Source of the DNA: Armatimonadota bacterium
GTDB lineage: Bacteria > Armatimonadota > UBA5829 > DTJY01
NCBI GenBank assembly: GCA_023511795.1
Contig: JAIMAU010000006.1
Location: forward strand, 13,159-77,158
DNA: 64,000 nucleotides
Direction: 5' to 3'
The notes below the pieces were generated by a model that was not told the DNA's origin, searched no databases, and was given only the letters and a program-made list of their open reading frames with translations. Shown here one piece after another: positions 58,674-64,000 of the stretch. The translations under genes and the position numbers were made by a program. The stretch's first letter is position 1. Every line of letters begins with the position of its first letter.

Positions 58674-60674
58674 TTACAATTCTAGATTCAGCCATTTCAA
58701 TTCGTCCGGCGATAATTGTACATTTAGCCCGGCAAGAAGAGTCCTCAGCTCCTCAAGATTTGCTGGCCCAGCCAGGGCAAATGTCGGGAATGGTTGGCAA
58801 AGTACATAAGCAAGGGCAATGCTTACCGGGGGAACACCCTTCTTTTCTGCCATTTCCAAAAGCCGCTCGGCACGAAGGATGTTGTCCTCACTATGCCAGC
58901 AACGAATCATCTCTGGGTCGGTATGATTCCTGGGATGACCATAGGCGAAGAAGCCCCGGGCAAGGCTCGACCATGCCATGAGTGGCATCTGGGTTTTCAC
59001 AAACCATGCACGGGACTGGGAATCGGACGAGGCAAGGCAGCCAGCCCATGGTGGCTCTATCATTCTGGCGAGGCTAAAGTTGTTGCTCACTGCAGCAATC
59101 CCTTTGAGTCCTTTTTGTCGAGCGTACTCGTTCGCCGCCTCTATACGCTCAATTGTCCAATTTGACACGCCAAAGACCTTTATTCTCCCTGCGTGCAAAT
59201 GCTCATTTAAAACATCGATAAACTCACCTACCGGTATGTCAGGGTTATCACGATGCATCATATAGATGTCCACATAATCAGTGCCCAATCGGTCAAGGCT
59301 CTCAAAAAGCTGGCTTGTCAAATCTATAGGGTTACAGAAAGGCGTATGCGCGCCCTTATCTAGAATGACCACCTGCTCGCGGATTCCACGATTTCTAATC
59401 CACTGACCGAGAATACGCTCACTATTACCGCCACCATAGATGTAAGCCGTATCGAAGCAGTTGCCACCTTGGCGGAAAAACTCGTCGAATAGGATTGAGC
59501 AGGATGCGAGTGGGGAAACGCCGCCGCCACCAACGGCGCCCATCGCGATGCGAGATACCGGTTTCTCAAGCCCAGGAATCGAGCCATACCTCATATTTGC
59601 ATCCGAGCGTATTGTCAGCGGCCGATGGTCAATCGTCGGGAAGTTTGCGTCCGGCTTCTCGATATCGTAGACGAGACCCACAGCCTGGCGCCACATGTCC
59701 AAGGTCTTCATATTGCCCAAGCTGTCGTCCCAGGTCATTGCTGGTGGCGGGGCTTGGCGCTTCTCGATATTCTTAGCCACTATATCAGCCTCATGTGTGT
59801 AACTGCTAGCGTCATTTGGCACGAGCACTTCTTTGGGCTGCTCGCCATTTCGGTTCACGACGATTCGTGCAGGCTCGCCCGCCTTGCTTCCAAACCACGG
59901 TGCAGGAATTAAGATGTTGCCTTCGGAGCCGAAAATGCGCACCACATTCTCTTGGTTCAGCGCCACACCTGTCGAAATTTGCGCGATGATATCACCTGGG
60001 AATTGCATTATTCCGACCGCCCACTCGTCAACCCCCGTCTCGCCAAGGTGAGCAACACCTTTCACCTCAATAGGGTCCTCAAAAGGCTTCCCATGAGCCG
60101 CGCCTGCGATTAGGCGAGATATTGAAGTAGTATAACAGCCAACATCCAGAATTCCACCACCTCCAAGGGCGTTGTTAAAAAGTCGGCTCTCAGGATTAAA
60201 TCCGGCATGGAAACTAAAAGTTGCTTGAATAATCCTCACATCGCCTATGGCTCCCTCGCGAATTAGCTCGACAAGCCTGGTTATCTGGGGATGGCAGCGA
60301 TACATAAAGGCCTCCATAAGAAAGACATCGTGCCTCCGAACAGCCTCAATGACTGCCATCGCCTCGGGGTAGTTTAAAGTGAGCGGCTTCTCACAAAGTA
60401 TGTGCTTTTTCGCCTCAGCAGCCTTTACCGCCCATTCGGCATGCATCGGATGAGGAGTCGAGATATAGACTGCCTGCACGTCTGGATCGGCAAGGAGCGC
60501 CTCATAACTCCCATATCTACGCGGAACGTTGTATTCATCGCCAAACCGGTCTGCCGCTTCTTGGGTACGACTCCCAACGGCAAGTACTTCCCCGGTGCTT
60601 GACTCTGCAACCGCCTTCGCAAATACGCCTGAAATTCGACCTGTGCTTAAAATTCCCCAAGCTAGCTTGCCCAT
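58674..60674 (-). CDS. fusion protein: N-terminal Gfo/Idh/MocA NAD(P)-oxidoreductase + C-terminal aldo/keto reductase
   Basis: 666 aa; N-terminus GILSTGRIS...EKPLTLN (Rossmann + EKP); C-terminus GGNCFDTAYIYGGG...IKVFGVSNW (AKR motifs). Confidence 0.75.
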   Translation of the reverse strand: MGKLAWGILSTGRISGVFAKAVAESSTGEVLAVGSRTQEAADRFGDEYNVPRRYGSYEALLADPDVQAVYISTPHPMHAEWAVKAAEAKKHILCEKPLTLNYPEAMAVIEAVRRHDVFLMEAFMYRCHPQITRLVELIREGAIGDVRIIQATFSFHAGFNPESRLFNNALGGGGILDVGCYTTSISRLIAGAAHGKPFEDPIEVKGVAHLGETGVDEWAVGIMQFPGDIIAQISTGVALNQENVVRIFGSEGNILIPAPWFGSKAGEPARIVVNRNGEQPKEVLVPNDASSYTHEADIVAKNIEKRQAPPPAMTWDDSLGNMKTLDMWRQAVGLVYDIEKPDANFPTIDHRPLTIRSDANMRYGSIPGLEKPVSRIAMGAVGGGGVSPLASCSILFDEFFRQGGNCFDTAYIYGGGNSERILGQWIRNRGIREQVVILDKGAHTPFCNPIDLTSQLFESLDRLGTDYVDIYMMHRDNPDIPVGEFIDVLNEHLHAGRIKVFGVSNWTIERIEAANEYARQKGLKGIAAVSNNFSLARMIEPPWAGCLASSDSQSRAWFVKTQMPLMAWSSLARGFFAYGHPRNHTDPEMIRCWHSEDNILRAERLLEMAEKKGVPPVSIALAYVLCQPFPTFALAGPANLEELRTLLAGLNVQLSPDELKWLNLEL

Positions 60675-60778
60675 ATTTTATCCCCCGGAAATAAGCTTTG
60701 TTACCGTAAGCCATGATAACACCCTATTCTCAAGCTGGTCAATTCATTGGATTCCGATGTTAATCAGACTACGAGGAT

Positions 60779-60816
60779 TGTCCAATATTGGATTATCTGT
60801 CCAATAATAGTATACT
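60779..60816 (+). promoter_or_regulatory. promoter TTGGAT-N17-TATACT overlapped by 12-bp perfect palindrome TCCAATATTGGA and direct repeat TGTCCAATA x2; candidate repressor operator
   Basis: Divergent intergenic region between Gfo-AKR fusion and HAD gene. Confidence 0.4.
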
Positions 60817-60904
60817 AGATTTACTAGCAATACCTTCCAAACTTAAGCTAATACGTTTGCAAATTTTGAATACTAATACTAAAGAAAGGTTTTCACAAGC
60901 GGAA

Positions 60905-61669
60905 ATGCCTAAGAAAAGTTATCTTCTAGACATGGATGGCGTGATCGTGCGGGGACGAACAGCAATCCCGGGTGCACCAGAGTTCATCGCTAAGCTTGTG
61001 GAGACAAAGACGCCATTTCTTATACTTACAAACAACCCAATCTGGACTCCCCGCGACCTCCAACATCAACTCTCGGCATTGGGAATTGAAGTCCCTCAGA
61101 ATCGTCTTTATACCTCGGCAATGGCGACCGCTCAGTTCCTTCATCATCAGAGACCGAATGGCACAGCCTTTGCAATAGGTGAAGCTGGTTTAACAAGCGC
61201 TCTACACGACGTTGGATATGTACTTACCGGCATCAACCCCGACTATGTAGTTCTCGGGGAGACAACTTCCTATAGTTTGGAAACTATAACGCATGGAATT
61301 CAGTTGATTTTGGCAGGTGCACGCTTCATTGCCACAAACCCAGACCCCTCAGGACCAACCGAGAAAGGCATACAGCCGGCAACTGGCGCGATGGCGGCGC
61401 TCATTGAGGCAGCAACCGGCGTTAAACCCTATTTCGTTGGCAAGCCGAACCCTTTGATGATGCGAAGTGCTCTCAATTACCTTGGCGCTCACTCGGAAGA
61501 TACAATCATGGTTGGAGACCGCATGGATACCGACATAGTTGCTGGCATCGAGGCTGGTATGGAGACAATTCTAGTACTTACGGGTGTCACAAAAGAAGCC
61601 GATATCGAACGCTTTCCATACTGTCCCACTCACATATTGCCCTCCGTCGCGGATATTGAGATACTTTAA
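60905..61669 (+). CDS. HAD-superfamily hydrolase, subfamily IIA (NagD-like sugar phosphatase)
   Basis: Start at ATG 60905; [11 protein letters not shown] motif I; GDRMDTDI motif IV. Confidence 0.8.
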   Translation: MPKKSYLLDMDGVIVRGRTAIPGAPEFIAKLVETKTPFLILTNNPIWTPRDLQHQLSALGIEVPQNRLYTSAMATAQFLHHQRPNGTAFAIGEAGLTSALHDVGYVLTGINPDYVVLGETTSYSLETITHGIQLILAGARFIATNPDPSGPTEKGIQPATGAMAALIEAATGVKPYFVGKPNPLMMRSALNYLGAHSEDTIMVGDRMDTDIVAGIEAGMETILVLTGVTKEADIERFPYCPTHILPSVADIEIL

Positions 61670-61693
61670 ACTCAACGCAAGACTAAAATATGG

Positions 61694-63139
61694 TCATCCG
61701 GAGGCGGGGAGAATCAAAGGCTCCTTGCCCTCAATTTCTCTAATTCGGCGTTTTAGTATATCGGCAAGCTCTCTGCGAATTGTAGCAAAAGATGGATCGC
61801 AGACGAGGTTTTTGCGTTCGTGCGGGTCGTTTTCAAGGTCATAGAGGAATTCCTCATAATAGACATCGCTTGCAGGATTCTTTGCATCCGGTACGGAAAC
61901 AGAATATTTCCACCTCTTCGTTCGAATCGCCCTACCAGTCTGGCTTTCGCTAATCTGGATGAATACTTCCTTCGGCCAGTCCGTTTTCCTGCCTTTTACT
62001 AAATCCTGAAGCTGCCTACCCCGCATCTGTGGCGGCTTCTCTATCCCCGCGGCGGCAAGGATAGTCGGTGCGACATCAATCAGACTCACCAACTCTTTGA
62101 CAACCTTTCCACCCTTGAAACCCGGCCCATAGGCAAGCATTGGTATGCGGATTGATGCTTCATGGCATGAGCGCTTGTATTCTGCATTCCGCGTGCGAAA
62201 ATGACATCCATGATCGCTGGTATAAAATATTAGCGTATTATCCTCAAGTCCAAGTTTCTTTAATTCTGCGCGAATGCGGCCAAGGTTGTAATCAAGACTA
62301 TTGCAGCACCCAAGGTAGTCGGGATACTCCTCACGCCAATCGCCTTCAGTTCCAACAAGATCACCTGGCGGCTCAAAGTCTTTAAACTTCTCTTTTGAGC
62401 CAATTGGTCCTTCAAAGTGTTTATGGTCGTTTTGGAAATGTGGCTCGATGTATGAGACAAAGAGGAAGAAAGGTTTTTTTCTATCTCGTGAGCGAAGGTA
62501 ATCGAGCACAAAATCGGTAACGCAGTCCACTCGGTAGCCTTTAAACTCAACTTGTTTCCCCTCAGCATCAAACATATGGCCGTCATAGCCATGCGATGTG
62601 AATTCGAGTACATCGGACGCAAGCCAGTAGTCTTTGTAGCCTCCTCTGCGTTCCGGCGGGATGGCCTTATCCCTATAATTATGCTCTTTATCGGAAGCGA
62701 GATGCCATTTGCCAATATAACCTACCTCATAACCTACCTCCGATAAATACCTGGCGATAGTCTTGGCGTTTAATGGAAGAGCAATTCCATTCCGAAAGCA
62801 ACCTGTTTCGGTAGCATACATACCAGTTTGAACAACTGCACGCGCCGGCCCGCATACGGGCTGGACCGTGAATGCGTTCTCAAAGAGTACGCCTTCCCTC
62901 GCCATCCTATCAATATTTGGAGAAATTGGAAGTTTTTGTCCATAACAACCCAAAGTGTCCCACCGTTGCTGATCGGTAAAGAAAAATACGATATTTGGTC
63001 GTTCAGTTTGCTCCATTTTGTCTTTCCCCTCTGTGGGTAATTGAGCCACGCCTATTCCCATCGCAGCAATCACGCCTGATGATTTTCTCAGGAATTCACG
63101 CCGTGTAAGCATATTAGCAATTTTCATGGCCGCCTCCAA
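61694..63139 (-). CDS. Tat-secreted sulfatase (Cys-type, CxPxR)
   Basis: 481 aa; TRREFLRKSSGVIAAMG twin-Arg signal; FFFTDQQRWD, PVCGPARAVVQTG. Confidence 0.85.
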   Translation of the reverse strand: MEAAMKIANMLTRREFLRKSSGVIAAMGIGVAQLPTEGKDKMEQTERPNIVFFFTDQQRWDTLGCYGQKLPISPNIDRMAREGVLFENAFTVQPVCGPARAVVQTGMYATETGCFRNGIALPLNAKTIARYLSEVGYEVGYIGKWHLASDKEHNYRDKAIPPERRGGYKDYWLASDVLEFTSHGYDGHMFDAEGKQVEFKGYRVDCVTDFVLDYLRSRDRKKPFFLFVSYIEPHFQNDHKHFEGPIGSKEKFKDFEPPGDLVGTEGDWREEYPDYLGCCNSLDYNLGRIRAELKKLGLEDNTLIFYTSDHGCHFRTRNAEYKRSCHEASIRIPMLAYGPGFKGGKVVKELVSLIDVAPTILAAAGIEKPPQMRGRQLQDLVKGRKTDWPKEVFIQISESQTGRAIRTKRWKYSVSVPDAKNPASDVYYEEFLYDLENDPHERKNLVCDPSFATIRRELADILKRRIREIEGKEPLILPASG

Positions 63140-63188
63140 AAGCTATTACTAAGTATGAGCCAAGCGCCCGACAACTGTCAATGAGAAG

Positions 63189-63992
63189 CTATTTTTTGCG
63201 CTTAGCAAGGGTAATTTCGTCAAACCAAACGCTCCCTTCTTCTCCAGGGTCCACTGCACAGAAAACGACCGCATAGGTTGTACCACTTGGTGCGCGAACA
63301 CATCCCTCGACTTTCTGCCAATCGCAGTGTGCCACTTCGTTCGTTTCCCCGCTACCCAATGCTCGGCCACCAGCGTCATAGAAAGCAACCCTAAGCCTTA
63401 CCTTTGTTGATGTTGGCGCCGTTGACCGAATATACCCTGACAAATCATACTCCCCAGGCTGTGCAAAGATTTTCTCTGTTTTCCAAAACCTCACCCTGCT
63501 GCCTGGGTCAATGCGGAGGGCACGCTGGCCAGTATAGGAATCACGCATGACTAGATTGATATCCGTGAGTCCTTCGATTTTGTAGGTGCCCCAATCTGGT
63601 TTAGTCCACTTAAGTTTGTCGGAGTCCTCAGATTTTAACCAAAAGTCTGGTTTGTCATCCTTGTCTTCATCGAACTCGACGCTTGCGTCGGGAATTAGTG
63701 ACTGATTAATCCAGGGACAAAAGTCTTCAATAGCCGATGCTGAGTTCTGTTTTTCAGCAGTTGACAGCTTGAATACCATACAATCTATCATTTTTGCATA
63801 AGGCCGATCATTCGCCATTGTAACGAGCATATTTTTCCCCCTCGGCTCGGTAATCCTGATAATGAGCGTATGCTCGCCTTTTGTCAGCCTAATATTACCA
63901 TAATGATACCAAGCAAATATTTGCCGGGTATCCTCTAAAGCGTTATAGAATGTTACAACAGTAATGTCCCTCGGAACCAAAGTAGTCGGCAC
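63189..63992 (-). CDS. hypothetical protein with C-terminal CBM-like beta-sandwich; N-terminus may lie beyond window
   Basis: 267 aa ORF; C-terminus resembles carbohydrate-binding jelly-roll. Confidence 0.45.
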   Translation of the reverse strand: MPTTLVPRDITVVTFYNALEDTRQIFAWYHYGNIRLTKGEHTLIIRITEPRGKNMLVTMANDRPYAKMIDCMVFKLSTAEKQNSASAIEDFCPWINQSLIPDASVEFDEDKDDKPDFWLKSEDSDKLKWTKPDWGTYKIEGLTDINLVMRDSYTGQRALRIDPGSRVRFWKTEKIFAQPGEYDLSGYIRSTAPTSTKVRLRVAFYDAGGRALGSGETNEVAHCDWQKVEGCVRAPSGTTYAVVFCAVDPGEEGSVWFDEITLAKRKK

Positions 63993-64000
63993 ACGGCTCC

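Noticed and set aside
1-64000. CRISPR arrays, IS elements, integrases, rRNA/tRNA genes
   Set aside because: No regularly spaced direct repeats, transposase/integrase-like ORFs or rRNA/tRNA signatures were seen on either strand.

Overview
This is a bacterial chromosomal segment of about 50% GC with no rRNA, tRNA, CRISPR array or mobile element detected by eye. It mixes conserved housekeeping operons with several accessory glycan-utilisation and stress-response clusters. All calls rest on reading the six-frame translations, motifs and intergenic DNA; no database search was run.

Main blocks, in window order:
- 1-1842: two tandem HD-GYP c-di-GMP phosphodiesterase-type genes on the minus strand. 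One is fused to a 7TM receptor domain. The other has a degenerate HD motif.
- 2137-9045: an E. coli-like translation operon on the minus strand, thrS-infC-rpmI-rplT-pheS-pheT-hypothetical. infC starts at AUA, pheS at UUG and pheT at GUG. PheT lacks the N-terminal tRNA-binding domain and ThrRS lacks the TGS domain.
- 9358-12616: mscS, then exbB-exbD-tonB.
- 12997-15520: rpoZ-dnaJ-prmA.
- 17310-21477: glmU-prs-pth and thiE, on the minus strand.
- 21714-36697: a cluster of secreted glycoside-hydrolase and GH-like proteins, with an SDR, a DHDPS-family aldolase, an M55 peptidase and a URO-D-like protein.
- 39369-44532: a heat-shock locus, hrcA - archaeal-type (group II-like) chaperonin - grpE - corA, followed by hsp20. 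dnaK is absent from the locus and no canonical CIRCE operator was found.
- 45177-49964: a sugar catabolic operon containing a xylose-isomerase-like TIM-barrel protein, a DUF1080 3-keto-glycoside hydrolase-like protein, an FGGY kinase and a class II aldolase.
- 50705-53622: nadE next to a second, divergent PRPP-synthetase-like gene.
- 54480-56375: a partner-switching module. An anti-sigma antagonist (STAS) gene and a membrane PAS serine-kinase gene sit behind a sigmaB-like promoter.
- 56386-63992: two more URO-D-like paralogues, a Gfo/Idh/MocA-aldo/keto reductase fusion, a HAD phosphatase, a Tat-secreted sulfatase and a CBM-like protein.
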